NCBI GenBank assembly: GCA_977017575.1
Contig: CDRNVI010000060.1
Coordinates: 372,001 to 436,000 of the forward strand
Direction of reading: 5' to 3'
Length of the DNA stretch: 64,000 nt
DNA from: Paramoeba atlantica
Lineage: Eukaryota > Protista > Discosea
Shown: piece by piece, positions 1 through 12,202 of the stretch
Numbering within the stretch: the stretch's first letter is position 1
Layout of the letters: the number at the start of each line of letters is the position of its first letter
Made by a program: the position numbers and the translations under genes
The notes under the pieces: model-generated
The model's input: the letters and a program-made list of their open reading frames with translations, nothing else
What the model was told of the DNA's origin: nothing
The model's database searches: none

Positions 1-2038
1 CGGACGTAATAAAATTAAGCGGGAGAAGAATACTACCAAATAGCGTGATCCGCTTCATCACGTCGTTGGTGCGGTTGGCGTACTCGGCACTTCGCATCGA
101 GAGCAATGAGATAATATTATTGTTTACCTGACTGATGGCATCGCGCGCCAGCTCGAACTGTGCCTGGGCTTGCGTAAGGTTATCCACAATATCGTGATAG
201 TTGGGCCGCAGTTCAAAACACGAACGGTATGGATGAGACAGAATGAGTTTCGCGACCGTATATTTCTGCGTAACCTGGGTACGTAGTGTACCGAGTTTAC
301 GTCGGGTTCGGGTCAGTTGACGAAGGATGTTTGTCTTCTCTTGCTTTGTCACCACGAACGCGCTCTCGTCCAACGCATCCACTTCATCCCGAAACCGCTG
401 CACGCGTTGAGTCAGGATATCCACAATAATATCCAAAATCACATACAGCACATGCTCCGTCGTTAAACACTGCAGCTTCATCACATTCAACCGGGACACC
501 GCTTCCTGGATAATATCCGCACTCTCCTGGTGCACACTCACCACAAAATGCTCCGTGAGGAGCAGCGCGACCCGACGCACGGCCCCTTCCACCGGATACG
601 TCAGCGCCACGAAGAAGTACTCCCCAAAGAACTCAATCTTGTCCGGGGTGTCCCCCATGACGAGATCCTCAATCGTCAGCGGGTTGACTTTAATCTCCTC
701 ACACATCGCCGTGAGCTCACGATTCCCGACGCCCTGCAGGTCATACCAAATCGTCTCGTGCTCCCCGAGACACAGACTCGCGACACTGCTATGTGTGGAG
801 GCCGAGCTGGAGAGCGAAGAGCTTCGATGAGGACTCTCCAGAGAGCGCACCAGGTGAGGCAACCCCGAGGAACTTAACCCTTCCGATTGCGGAGAGCCAT
901 AACTCTCGTAACTGTGATGAGAGTGGGTCTTGGAAGACGAAGAAGACGAAGACGACGCAGAAGACGAAGAAGAGGCAGAACGCGCTGAACCACTCGACGC
1001 CTTCTCCCCTTTTCTACCGCCCTCCCTATCTTCCCCTCCGTCCCTTCCTCCCCCACTCCCTTTGTTCGCCTCCTCCTCCCCCCCCTCCCCCCTGTCCCCT
1101 CTCGAGGACCCCACGGACCCGCTCCCCGACGCCCGTGAGGAGCGCCCACTCCCCCCCTCCCCCCTCCCGTCGCTTTGCTTCCGCAGTGCCCTCTCCGTCC
1201 TCCACTGGGTCATCACGGCGGAGAGGGTCGCGGTGAGTTCCCCGATGCCGCGGGAGACCGGGCGGACACGAAGGTGGGCGGTGTGGATGGAGTGCGCGAG
1301 GAGCCAGATGTGGGGGGAGGAGGAGGCAGAGGAGGAGGCCGGGGGGTACGCGTAAGGGTACGACGAAGAGCTTGTGGTCGCTGGCACTACGGCAGGGGGC
1401 GGTAGCGTACTCGATTTCGAGGGCAGGGTACTGCCCTGTAGGGTACTTGCATTCGTCGTTACAGGCATCGTGGCACCACTCTCGCTGGGGTTTCGAGGGG
1501 GGGGTGTGGTGCCGTGGGGGGGTAGAGCAGAGGAGGAGGCCGTTTGACGTTCAAAGGAGCCCAGGGCGGGGAGGTAGGGCATGGGACGACGGTCAAAGGG
1601 GGCGGTGGCATGGGGGTGGCTCATAGGGATCGTAGTGGTACTGGGCTTCACGAGAGTGGGGTTTTCTTTGGCTGTGGGGGGATGAGGCGTCGTGGTAACC
1701 CCTGGGGGACTGGTTGAGGACTCGCGGTGGAGTGCAGGTAGACCCGACGTGATGGTTCGGTCCATAGTTGTCGTAGTGAACCCACGGTGGTGGTGGGGGA
1801 GTAGAGGGGGGAGGATGGAAGAGGCCGAGGCGACACGAGAGAGGGGGAGTGGGGGGATGGCACGGGAGGGGGGGATAGAAGGCGTGGAGATACGTGAGGA
1901 AGGGGGGATAGAGGGGGTGCGGAGAGAGGGGAGGGATTCGACAGAAGAGGAGGGGACGGGGGTGGTACGGTCCAGTGTGGCAGGGGAGGGGGTACGGAGG
2001 GTGTTGGTGGGGGTCGTGGGGGTTGTGGGTTCCTTCAT
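1..2038 (-). CDS. CorA/Alr1-family Mg2+ transporter, running off the left window edge, with a long low-complexity N-terminal extension
   Basis: Manual minus-strand translation is stop-free from about 2185 to base 1. It contains WYDLQG..VNPLTIEDLVMGDTPDKIEFFGEYFFV and RTNDVMKRITLFGSILLPLNFITS (CorA core and TM1). Start placed at the ATG at 2038 after a pyrimidine tract (alternative 2185). Absent from the ORF track because it lacks a stop in the window. Confidence 0.85.
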   Translation of the reverse strand, partial: MKEPTTPTTPTNTLRTPSPATLDRTTPVPSSSVESLPSLRTPSIPPSSRISTPSIPPSRAIPPLPLSRVASASSILPPLLPHHHRGFTTTTMDRTITSGLPALHRESSTSPPGVTTTPHPPTAKENPTLVKPSTTTIPMSHPHATAPFDRRPMPYLPALGSFERQTASSSALPPHGTTPPPRNPSESGATMPVTTNASTLQGSTLPSKSSTLPPPAVVPATTSSSSYPYAYPPASSSASSSPHIWLLAHSIHTAHLRVRPVSRGIGELTATLSAVMTQWRTERALRKQSDGRGEGGSGRSSRASGSGSVGSSRGDRGEGGEEEANKGSGGGRDGGEDREGGRKGEKASSGSARSASSSSSASSSSSSSSKTHSHHSYESYGSPQSEGLSSSGLPHLVRSLESPHRSSSLSSSASTHSSVASLCLGEHETIWYDLQGVGNRELTAMCEEIKVNPLTIEDLVMGDTPDKIEFFGEYFFVALTYPVEGAVRRVALLLTEHFVVSVHQESADIIQEAVSRLNVMKLQCLTTEHVLYVILDIIVDILTQRVQRFRDEVDALDESAFVVTKQEKTNILRQLTRTRRKLGTLRTQVTQKYTVAKLILSHPYRSCFELRPNYHDIVDNLTQAQAQFELARDAISQVNNNIISLLSMRSAEYANRTNDVMKRITLFGSILLPLNFITS

Positions 2039-2332
2039 GGGGAGGAGGGGAGATGTGGAGGAGGGGAGTGGGTGATGGTGGAGATGATGGGAGTGTCCGT
2101 CAGGACCATATGGGTAGCAGATGTGTGAATAGTAAAAAGTACCTAAGTGCTGGAAAATGGATGCAATGTTTTTTTTTTCATTCATTGGATTTCTTTAAAT
2201 GGTGTACATGAAGTAGATTTCACGAAATTGTGGATTATGTTGTTATCAGATTTTTAGGTTTGAGACTACGAATTAAATAGAGTACATCTTTTTAGTTCTT
2301 TCAAAACACCCCATAGTGTTATTTCCTTTACT

Positions 2333-2680
2333 TTACTTTCGCTTCTGTCGAAGTCCTTCCGCGAGCTGGTCTCTCTTACGCTTTCCGAGTTGGTGACTTC
2401 CAATGCGTTTTTTGCAGTATTTCATGGCCTTCTTCTCTCTGCCAATCTTCAGCAACTCCTGGGCACGTCGCTCAAAGGGAAGGAAACCAACGACATCGTG
2501 TATGACAGCTTTGATCGCGTGCTTTGCCGGTCGTGGGCGACGGAAACTGTTCTTCACTTTGTTAACTCGGATCACTTTATCTGTCCCTTTGTATTCCTTG
2601 CTTTGTAACTCATGACGTTTAACCGGGTAACCTTTCTTCAGGCCGCGAACAACACCCTCGGGCCGCGAAGTCGATGTCAT
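2333..2680 (-). CDS. RPL36: 60S ribosomal protein L36 (eL36)
   Basis: GLKKGYPV, KAVIHDVVGFLPFERRAQELLKIGREKKAMKYCKKRIGSHQLGKRKRDQL are typical L36e motifs; intronless. Confidence 0.95.
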   Translation of the reverse strand: MTSTSRPEGVVRGLKKGYPVKRHELQSKEYKGTDKVIRVNKVKNSFRRPRPAKHAIKAVIHDVVGFLPFERRAQELLKIGREKKAMKYCKKRIGSHQLGKRKRDQLAEGLRQKRK

Positions 2681-2934
2681 GACGAATATTAAAAGAATAA
2701 GATAATGAAGAAAGCAATTATTTTTCGAAAGGGTAAGTAAAGCAGAGTAGAGACTTACGATTCCAGGATTCTAAAATGAAACAGATGCATATCAACAAGC
2801 TTTGAATATTGAACGGCATTCACACAAACTGAAATTTTATGGAAGGAATTGATACACGATGGTACTGGGATTCGGATTTCCACTAGACAACGTCTGAGCG
2901 ACAAGGAAAGGATAAGCTGCATAATGAGCACCAC

Positions 2935-3975
2935 CTATTTCGAGTCTGCGCGAAAATGGTTGGCTTGCTGTGACGCATAAGCCCCCCACCGAGTATAATA
3001 GTGTTGGCGTGACGAAGCACAAGAGTTACCTGTTTTTTCAAGTACGTGAACTACATTCGAATTGCCCACGCTTCGTTGTGACTCTGCACTCTCGGGTATC
3101 AATTTCACATTATCCACTCTCAGTGTGCGAGTCTTTTCCGTCACTAATTTCTCATTCGAACTTTTTTCCTGATCTCGCAGAGTTTGCAGATATCCCACTC
3201 GCTTTTCCAAATCTTTCATCGTCACACGAGGACTTTGCCCAAACGGTAGAAATCTTGGCGCCTCATTCGCAGGTCCTGTGGAAGGAATCATGGGTGATGC
3301 ACTTTGATCCGAAGCAATACCGGAGTGTCGTGTACGAAACTGTTCCCTTAGGCTTTGTTCTTCTTCTAAAATAGGCACTCGTCCCCCAACGAACTGAGAA
3401 AAACGGTCTAAAATAAGGTTGCCCATACGTATGTCTGGATCCTTTACGAGTATCTTGCTTCCAGGGCGAGGAAGAGCTTGGCGGTCACCGTGAGTAGAGA
3501 GTTCGACCGCAGGTAGTGTGCGCTTGCCATCTGAAACCGTCAAGTATAGCAAACCATTTCGAATATCATAACAGGTTAACGTGCTTGTTGTATCGTTTGA
3601 AGAAGAGGGAGTAGAAGGTAAAAACGACGCCATTTCCTCATCCTCACTGTCTCGAACTACGCATTCCAATCGCTCTGGTTTGGTAATGTCCCGTGCGGCG
3701 TTGACTTGGAGAAGAAATTTTCCTTTCAACACACCGCCGGTGGGGTTTGCCTCTAGGCAAGGCTCCCCCCATAAAGCAATATCTGTTGATAGAAAGAGAT
3801 CCGAGTAGACCCTCGAGAGGGGTTCAACTGCGTTATGTAAGGGAAGAAGGTGATCCTTCCACTCCTGTTCTGTGGTATCAGGCTGGTCGTAAAAGGCGGA
3901 CAGTAGGCTTTGTAATTTGGAAGGAGACACACGGACGCCATACTGGTCGCGTAGAGCGTCTACGATGTCTTGCAT
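2935..3975 (-). CDS. RMI1/TDRD3-family OB-fold protein (topoisomerase III partner), TDRD3-like
   Basis: LKGKFLLQVNAARDITKP, LYLTVSDG..LPAVE, PGSKILV..MGNLIL..VGGRV match the RMI1_N/DUF1767 OB-fold pattern. APRFLPFGQ resembles TDRD3 PPPFVPFGQ. Confidence 0.72.
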   Translation of the reverse strand: MQDIVDALRDQYGVRVSPSKLQSLLSAFYDQPDTTEQEWKDHLLPLHNAVEPLSRVYSDLFLSTDIALWGEPCLEANPTGGVLKGKFLLQVNAARDITKPERLECVVRDSEDEEMASFLPSTPSSSNDTTSTLTCYDIRNGLLYLTVSDGKRTLPAVELSTHGDRQALPRPGSKILVKDPDIRMGNLILDRFSQFVGGRVPILEEEQSLREQFRTRHSGIASDQSASPMIPSTGPANEAPRFLPFGQSPRVTMKDLEKRVGYLQTLRDQEKSSNEKLVTEKTRTLRVDNVKLIPESAESQRSVGNSNVVHVLEKTGNSCASSRQHYYTRWGAYASQQANHFRADSK

Positions 3976-4293
3976 AGCAAAGAAAGTAGCTGTGTAGTTT
4001 TAGAGAAAATAACCTTCCTCTTATTATATTTTATTTTATCTTTGTTGTACAATTTTTTTTACACCGAAACCTTTTGTGCACCGATCAGTCTACCTAGAAT
4101 TACACATGTACGTATGTGTCGTAATAAACAGCATACAAACTAAATTACATGTCCCAAAGTGTACATGGAAACGACACTTCTCTATCTTTCTAACGCTCCT
4201 ATTTTACACGCATACTCCCCAAACATACGGCTCTTTTAATCAAAGCGTGGTGAGGAGAACTAGAGGTCCATAAGCCGTATCCCCATGTCCTCC

Positions 4294-4761
4294 CTATTTG
4301 GGAATTTCCATCCCTGCCTTTGTATTCCAGTAGTCCGGGTGGGTGCGATGGGAGGGGTAATGCCACGGGGCATTAGGTACCAGCCACCCCCCGGGTTTCG
4401 TCCATATCCCGGGGTGGTTGGCTTTCTGCCACCGGGTAATAAACCGTATCGGGGCCCCGTGGGAGTGTTTGTACACACCTTTCGGGAACCGTGGCTCCGC
4501 GTCCCCGAGCAGCGGTAGCGTGGGGACCCCTCCCCACTTACGATGGAGGGTGCGCACTTTTTCGAGCTGCTCACTCCGCCCGTCGAGGGTCTCGCGCATC
4601 ATCCATTTCGTGATGTCGTCGATGTGGTACCATGCCAGACGGGAAGGTCGCGGCAGCCACTCGACCTCGTGCTCGAAATTGGGAGTGGCGTCACTGGGGC
4701 GACCACGGGTGGTGGATTTACGGCCCCGGATACGACCTAAGAGCGGGAGGGAGAGTTTCAT
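4294..4761 (-). CDS. Small basic protein resembling a kinetoplastid-specific mitochondrial (probably mitoribosomal) protein
   Basis: Arg-rich N-terminus. The block WLPRP..HIDDITKWMMRETLDGR..LPLLGDAEPRFP..RFITRWQKAN is recalled as similar to trypanosomatid mitochondrial proteins (from memory, not searched). Polypyrimidine tract and AG upstream. Confidence 0.5.
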   Translation of the reverse strand: MKLSLPLLGRIRGRKSTTRGRPSDATPNFEHEVEWLPRPSRLAWYHIDDITKWMMRETLDGRSEQLEKVRTLHRKWGGVPTLPLLGDAEPRFPKGVYKHSHGAPIRFITRWQKANHPGIWTKPGGWLVPNAPWHYPSHRTHPDYWNTKAGMEIPK

Positions 4762-5072
4762 GCGGAAGAGGAAGAGGGTGTGAAAGGAATGAAGGAAGAG
4801 GACTAAAAAATTGGGTTAGAGAGAGAGAGAGAGAGAGAGAGTTCGTTGAAGGAGAGATAACGTGAAGACTGCTATAACAAATACAGGGGTGGACACGAAA
4901 AGGGGGGGGATTCGTATAATTTGGCCAATTTTGGAGGCACTACATTCCAGCGTGGAAGAAAAACATGATACACTTTGTAAAGCGCTTCCGAGTTTGTGAA
5001 TGGAACTTGAGGAAGCTAAGCATGAACGCGTATGTAAGACCCCTAAACTTGATGGCGTCATGTAAATTCATA

Positions 5073-6627
5073 CAGGGGTGTAAATTTGGATGCGGGGGGG
5101 GGGTCTAAAATTTGTAAAATTTGGCCATTTTTGGAAAATAATGGCGCATTCGAGAGATCTCGAACAGGGCTCATGAACGTGCATATACCGTATCCGTGTT
5201 AATTAGATTTTCGAATGCACATAAAAAAACTTAGTTTTTTGGAAGACGAAATCCTGCAATTTTCACAATTTTTCTGTTTTTTGCCCTTATTCATGCCACA
5301 ACGACGGGATTGTGGACGATCTCCGAAACATAAGCACTCCGAAAGGGCTTATTCCTCGCCTGGGCACATAAAAGCAAGCTGGCGCATGCTTCTTGTTGCC
5401 GATTACGAAGCAACACAGTCTTTTTCCCTAACCGCACGCAATTTTCAAGTTCATGAAGCTACTGTGAAGCGCTGGGTGGAGCGCTATCGTGATACTGGAG
5501 AAGTAGACTCCAAGAACCAGAAACACGCCCCAACGAACATCGCTGTGACACCTGAACTACGTGAGGCTGCTTTGAAAGCGATAGACGAGGGTGTTCGAGA
5601 TCAACCCTATGGCATCAGGAGCTGGAGTGAGCTCCACCGGTTAATGGAAAATTTTGGGTTCACTTGCTCTCGTCAAACTTTGACGACCCACATGAAATCA
5701 CATGGCATCGTCTTGCGCACAGTCCGGAAATCCTCTGCACTTACCTCAGTGCATAAAGAGAAACGAGTACGTTTCTGTGAAGAAATGCTAACGTGGAGTG
5801 ACGCGGAACTGTCCAATATCATTTGGATGGATGAAAAAAAAATTACTTGTGGGAAGAGTGGGGGGCACATCACGTACCTCTGCCGCAAAACTGACGCTCC
5901 CAAGGAGCAGCAAGGTGAATTGGATGCATGGCATGGGGGGAATGGTGTTATGGTTTGGATGGCAGCGAGCCTTAAGCATGGGTTTCACCTTCACGTTTTT
6001 CCTTCTGTTCGTTCTCAAGGAAACCGAGGTACAGTGACGGGCGCTATTTTTGATGAAGCCATGAAGAAGCGTGGAGGGTTAATTTCTTACCTTAAGCGGC
6101 ACCGTTCTAGCGTTATTGCAATGGATAACTGTACGGTGCACAATCTGGCCAGGACAAGCTTTCAAGAGACAGGAATTACTGTTCTTCCTTGGCCAGCAAA
6201 ATCACCTGATCTCATGCCCGTTGAAAATTTATGGTCCATAATGGACAATTTCAAAAATGGTTTGGCCCCTAGAAATCGTACAGATTTGATCATTGCGATC
6301 GAAGCAGCGTTTCAAGATCTTCAAACGACACATTCTATAGCCTCTGAAAACGCTATGAAGAGCTTTCGTAAGCGATGCCGTATTGTGATTGAAAAGAACG
6401 GCGGAAACTGCAATTATTAATTTTTTTTTCTATTTTTTCCCGTGCTTTAGAAAGTTGCAAATAGCGTTTGGGGGCTCTTTGTAGAGGGGGCAATACCCCT
6501 TTGTGCCTAGTTCGGCCTTGTTACGTTCATGAGCCCTGTTCGAGAGCTCTCGAATGCGCTATTATTTTCCAAAATTGACCAAGTTTTACAAAATTTAGAC
6601 CCCCCCACATCCAAATTTACACCCCTG
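5073..6627 (+). mobile_element. Intact Tc1/mariner (IS630-Tc1-mariner) DNA transposon with about 105-bp TIRs and TA TSD
   Basis: TA|caggggtgtaaatttggatg..gctcatgaacgt at 5071-5179 is inverted at 6523-6627 and followed by TA. Single uninterrupted transposase ORF inside. Confidence 0.95.
5293..6420 (+). CDS. Tc1-like transposase (DD32E spacing by manual count)
   Basis: HTH-like N-terminus (ATVKRWVERY), IIWMDEK, AMDNCTVH, WPAKSPDLMPVENLW. First ATG at 5293. Confidence 0.92.
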   Translation: MPQRRDCGRSPKHKHSERAYSSPGHIKASWRMLLVADYEATQSFSLTARNFQVHEATVKRWVERYRDTGEVDSKNQKHAPTNIAVTPELREAALKAIDEGVRDQPYGIRSWSELHRLMENFGFTCSRQTLTTHMKSHGIVLRTVRKSSALTSVHKEKRVRFCEEMLTWSDAELSNIIWMDEKKITCGKSGGHITYLCRKTDAPKEQQGELDAWHGGNGVMVWMAASLKHGFHLHVFPSVRSQGNRGTVTGAIFDEAMKKRGGLISYLKRHRSSVIAMDNCTVHNLARTSFQETGITVLPWPAKSPDLMPVENLWSIMDNFKNGLAPRNRTDLIIAIEAAFQDLQTTHSIASENAMKSFRKRCRIVIEKNGGNCNY

Positions 6628-7469
6628 TATGTATTGAGAGGGCTGAAACTAGAGATTTACGATCCCGGCTGATCCCGGCCGATCCCACCGGTCCTGGTGG
6701 AATTTACGTGGAAGAAAAGACTTGGTGAAAACGCGAGTTCTAGAAATTCGACGAAAGAAAGAGCGACCATTTTTTTAAGGGAACCCATTCTATTGTTAAA
6801 AATCAAAAAACAATGTGCATATGAAGGTAGGAGAAACTAAACAAACAATTGCTATTAAATAGAAAGCCCCTTGTAATATTTTTTCTTTTCCTCTTTCGCT
6901 CTTTTTGACCTGAGTGCAAATCTCTGCTGCGTGTATCCTTTGCCGCCTGATTCTTTTGCTTTAGCTGAGCGTTCGTTGATTTAAAGTACGTCCTCTGTGA
7001 CTTTGACCCCTGCGCAGAACATTTTCCTATCCGGCTAACGCCTTTTTGGTAACGCCTTTTGAGGGGTTGAAGAAGTTCATCCAATTGGTAAAACCTCTGA
7101 CGGCCAAGAAAAGTTCCGCAATGCAGTTGTTATTGTTCGAACAAATATTGAACGACATAAAGGGGGGTACGTCTATTGCTGGCAAACTAATAAAATCATC
7201 TGTTGTTGGCATTTAATTAATTTAAAATTAATAATTTTCGCTTTTTTGCCCCATAGCCACGTACGATGGAAAAACTCCTGGAATCTTGGAAGGTCGAAAT
7301 AGAAAAGCGATTTGTCAATTCTGGTATTGTTGAGCCAGATGGTGATGACTATAGCGCAGATGAACTTGTAGACGATGAGGAATGGTGTGACAACAACAAT
7401 GAACTTCTTAAAGTTGTTATTATTTTTCGTGTTAAGTACGTAATACAGGCATCGTGGGAAATACTCTAG

Positions 7470-8745
7470 GGGTCCCGGGAGAGAGCCTACTCTTGAAAGA
7501 CATTTCAGGAGAAGCAACCCCCATCACCGACTGGGACGGGCTGGACCGTGCGCAACGAGTCGCAGTCAGCTTATTCCTACCCCCCTTTTCCCCATGGCCT
7601 GGCGACGGGCCCGCACTCAGTGTGTGCGATGGGACCATCACGGCATGGTTTCGGCCCCAGGTTTGAACGCGGCACATGATATCCCTGCGGGTCTCAACGA
7701 GATTCTGGGAATACCTCGGATCATGACCGGGGCTTGGGAGCCCCGTCAATACGAGGAAGGGCTCCTGTGGTGTTTCCTCCCTACGGAAACCCTGGTGAGC
7801 GAAACGGGTTGGACTACCCGAGTAGTTCAATGTAACCTCCGCCGAGGCTGCATCGAGGCCAACCCACGCCCTCGATCCAAGCCGAGGCGAGCCTTAGGGG
7901 ACACCCTAAGTGTCCAAACCCCCGGGGCGGTAACCCCTACCCCGGGTAGGGAAGGCACCATTCTGGAAGGGATAGCGGCAGTGACCTCACCCCATAGCTC
8001 CTCTCCCGCCTCCATACCCCCATCTCGTAGGGGCGGACCCTCCCGACAAGGACCCCCACATCACGCCCCCAAACACCCAAGGCGCGGTAACAGATCAAGG
8101 CGACATCACCCCCTCCCCGGACAGCCTGGAACAGCTCCTTGAAAGGGGGTCGCTGCGCACTCTTTACGCAGTCCAATGCCCCGCTTGGAAGGACTACAAC
8201 AAGTCGGTGTGCAGCAACTTCTTGGGGAAGTCGCACGATGGAAAGATCAACATCGCCTGGGATCTTCTAGGTGTCAAACGGTTCTTGTTTAGAGGGGTCG
8301 GAAACCTTAGCCCCGCCCCCCCCTCACCAACAGCTACCACCGATCCGTTATCAAGCGGGTTGTAAAGCTGATTCGGGCGGGGGCTTTCTCGAGGGCGGCC
8401 AAAATCTTGGAAGCCCCCCTCGATCCGCCGGCAAACCCGGCTACAGCGGGGGAACAGGTGAAACGCCTCCACCCTACGGGGAGGTCCTTATAACACCCCC
8501 AAGTTCGTCTATGACAAGGAAAGTCATGGACCCCTCCCGTCGGCGGCAGATGTTGCCCGGAAAGCCACAAGCCTGGCGCCGCTCAGAGCGCCAGGCCCGT
8601 CTGGATGGACTAAGGAACTCCTGGTCCCCATCCTGGTGGAGGATGACCCGAGGGACGTGGTCACTTGGATCATCCAAGGGATCCTCACTAACTCCCTCCC
8701 TCCCACGATACCTTTGGAATGAGACAAAAGAACTACAAGTGTAGC
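7470..8745 (+). pseudogene. Frameshifted fragment of a CRE-clade non-LTR retrotransposon (N-terminal module, degenerate 2A-like motif, RT domain 0)
   Basis: LWCFLPTETLVSETGW..NLRRGCIEANPRP is homologous to the 17254 ORF. Downstream frames give RAAKILEAPL..EQVKRLHP and RAPGPSGWTKELLVP. Confidence 0.75.
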
Positions 8746-9109
8746 GCCCAAGTCACAGAGCGCGCAAGTTATCACGCACACATAAAAATGTATTTGTAAG
8801 ATAACTGAACGAAAAGGAGATAAATAAAGGACGATAATTGAATGAAAAAGATAGACAGATAGTAGAGCCTTAGAAAACAAAATGGATAATTAGGGGACGG
8901 TTAATTACGGGATACTTTGGACCTGATGGGGGTGTCCCTTAATTAACCCGTCCCGTAATAAAGCCACGCACTATAATAGAAAAAAGGTTCACCAAACAAG
9001 TAGTAAAAAATACAGTATCATAAGAAGCTACTCAAGCGCCGATCCCGACCGATCCCACCCGATCCCATCTGATAAGTGACAGGATCCTCCAGGTTTCAGC
9101 CCTCTGAGT

Positions 9110-9720
9110 ATATTCCAACAGAATTGCCAATAATTGCTAAATTTGTAACCCACATAGTTAGCAAACTTGCACGCATTCCTCCCGTGCCTATATGCTCATG
9201 CTATGACATTTTCAAAATTCCTGGCGCAGTTGACGCAATTATGTCTGAGGGGAAAGCTTTTTTAAAGCGATTGGAACCTCTGCGTACTTCCCTAAATCTC
9301 TTTTCTGACGAGAACAACGTCGCCATTGCGACGCGTGTTGAAAGCACACTTAGTATGCTTCGTAAGGAAGGGCTTTCAAATCCTCCACTCGCCGCTGATC
9401 TCCAGCACCACAAGAGTCGTCTCAACAAAAATCACGCAACTTCGTTTTGGAAGGACGTTCGTTGGCTAAGCCCTACATTCATCATATCGACGGCACGAAC
9501 GCAAAATTATGCGCCGATCACTTGCGCTCGAGCAAACGATCTTCTAAAGAATAATGTGCTCATGTTTCACTGCACAGAGGCGGCATGGGAAACTTATGTG
9601 ACACACGGAAATTACAAGTGGTCTGGAGGAGCTTGTACGGACATTGAATGGTGGGAGAAAGTACGGCGCTATGATTTTCCGGAAATTAAGGCATTTTTTT
9701 TAAAGTTTCTTTGCTCCTCT
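9110..9720 (+). pseudogene. Possible hAT transposase C-terminal fragment
   Basis: AFLKRLEPLRTSLNLFSDEN resembles the hAT LxPFxxAT..lS motif. DIEWWEKVRRYDFPEIKAFFLKFL resembles the hAT dimerisation motif WW..yP.L..lA. No catalytic residues confirmed. Confidence 0.4.
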
Positions 9721-9839
9721 AAAATTTGCAGTTTTTCCCAAATTTGCTTATTTTTTCGTTTTCTCCATTTCGTCTCAGTTTTATGCCGCGAAAGCGATCC
9801 CGTTCTATGCAGAACAAAGGATCTGTCTCCGATAGATCT

Positions 9840-10386
9840 CGTTGTTTTGGACTTTCCCCCAAAATCCCCAGATCTTAACCCCATTGAAAACAATTGGGAA
9901 ATTATGGATGCCTTTATTAAAAATGGTACAAATCCAGAAAATACATGTATTGGGTCGAAAAACGGTGGTATGCCAAATATTTCCAAAATCGGACAAAATA
10001 CAAGACCTGTAGTTGGGGGGTAAAAGACGCTGATCACCACTGTAGGACTGAACTCTTGTTTTCTATTGAAAGAGCGGTTGATTACATTAAAACAGATGGT
10101 CATGACACGCTCATTAACACTTTAAACAACATGCCGCGGCGTTTCGACATAGTAGTAGAAAAAAAAGGAGAAAGTTGTAATTATTAGTCGTCTAAAACCT
10201 TTCTCACAATTTTTGCATTTTGACGTTTTTGGGCTTCTTGTCAGTTGAACATCCCCCTATACCCCGGGAAACTGCCTTTTCTAAAACATAGAACTCTGCG
10301 AGAGCTCTCGAATGCGCTATCATTTTCCAAAATTGGAAAGGTTTTGCAATTTTTAGACCCCCCGCAGCATCTGATTTACCCCCCTG
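9840..10386 (+). mobile_element. Tc1-like 3' remnant with right TIR (related to the 5073 element)
   Basis: FPPKSPDLNPIENNW and NNMPRRFDIVVEKKGESCNY*. Right TIR gagagctctcgaatgcgcta..cccctg|TA ends at 10386; left end missing. Confidence 0.85.
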
Positions 10387-10399
10387 TATGTATCTACAA

Positions 10400-10618
10400 A
10401 GGAAAATGTCGAACCCAGCCACATTTCTCCTGGCCATTGAAGTAGGTGCCAGGGGAAAGCTCAACAGCTCAACTCGAGCACTGAACTCCCTTTTTGGTGG
10501 AAACAAGGCCACCGCCTCGCGATGTCGGCAGCATATGGTAACAAGAGCCCTTAGTGGGAGTTTCAAAAATTTTAATAATCGCGACATTGAGCAGTGGAGT
10601 GAGGGCACGTGCTGGTGA
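10400..10618 (+). pseudogene. HERO/NeSL-like RLE C-terminal remnant
   Basis: LLAIEVGARG..RCRQHM..R.IEQW aligns with the C-terminus of the 48045 ORF (LAFEIGARG..SCRESM..RRNEAEW). Confidence 0.65.
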
Positions 10619-11261
10619 AGAGTTTTAAAAACCTAGGAGAAACTCGCCTTGTGCGAGGATTGCGTGCTAGTCATGCATCTTCTAGGTATCAATCTCTGCA
10701 GTTAAACTGCATGAATATCAAAAATTGTCTCATTTAAGCGAAGACCAAATCGTGAAGTGGTTTTGTAGACGACGAAAGCAAAGGTAAACGTCAAGACCTT
10801 TACTCGTTATTCTCAAGAAATAATATTATTAGTGTCTCAAGCTCACTATATTCGTTGGCTTAATACAGGAGGAACCGTCAATTTAATGCAAAAAGATGAG
10901 ACTTGTACGTAAGATGAGTAATAAGGTTGTTTTGTCAGACATCCAACTCTTTTGTGAATCTGTGCTGATGCAATAAGCAAGAATGGGTCAAAAAAGGTGG
11001 AAGAAGTGATTAAAAGATAGATATAGTCATGTAACGAGAAACACGAAGAATTTGAGAAGTATTTTGGAAAAAAACATTTTCTTGCGCAATTTAGGTAGTA
11101 ATTTTTTCTTTCTTTTTTGCTAGAACAGGGCGATAATAAATGTTTTGAAAAAAGTGTGAAATAATGCTTCACTTTGACCGCAAGGTATCACTAGAAAAAA
11201 CTGGTTATCTGAAAATCGTGAGTAGCACTTTCCTATGAATAAGATATTTACCGCATCTGTG

Positions 11262-12198
<937 letters not shown>

Positions 12199-12202
<4 letters not shown>

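Noticed and set aside
530-2075. Plus-strand ORFs over the first 2 kb
   Set aside because: Antisense shadows of the GC-rich CorA-family gene on the minus strand.
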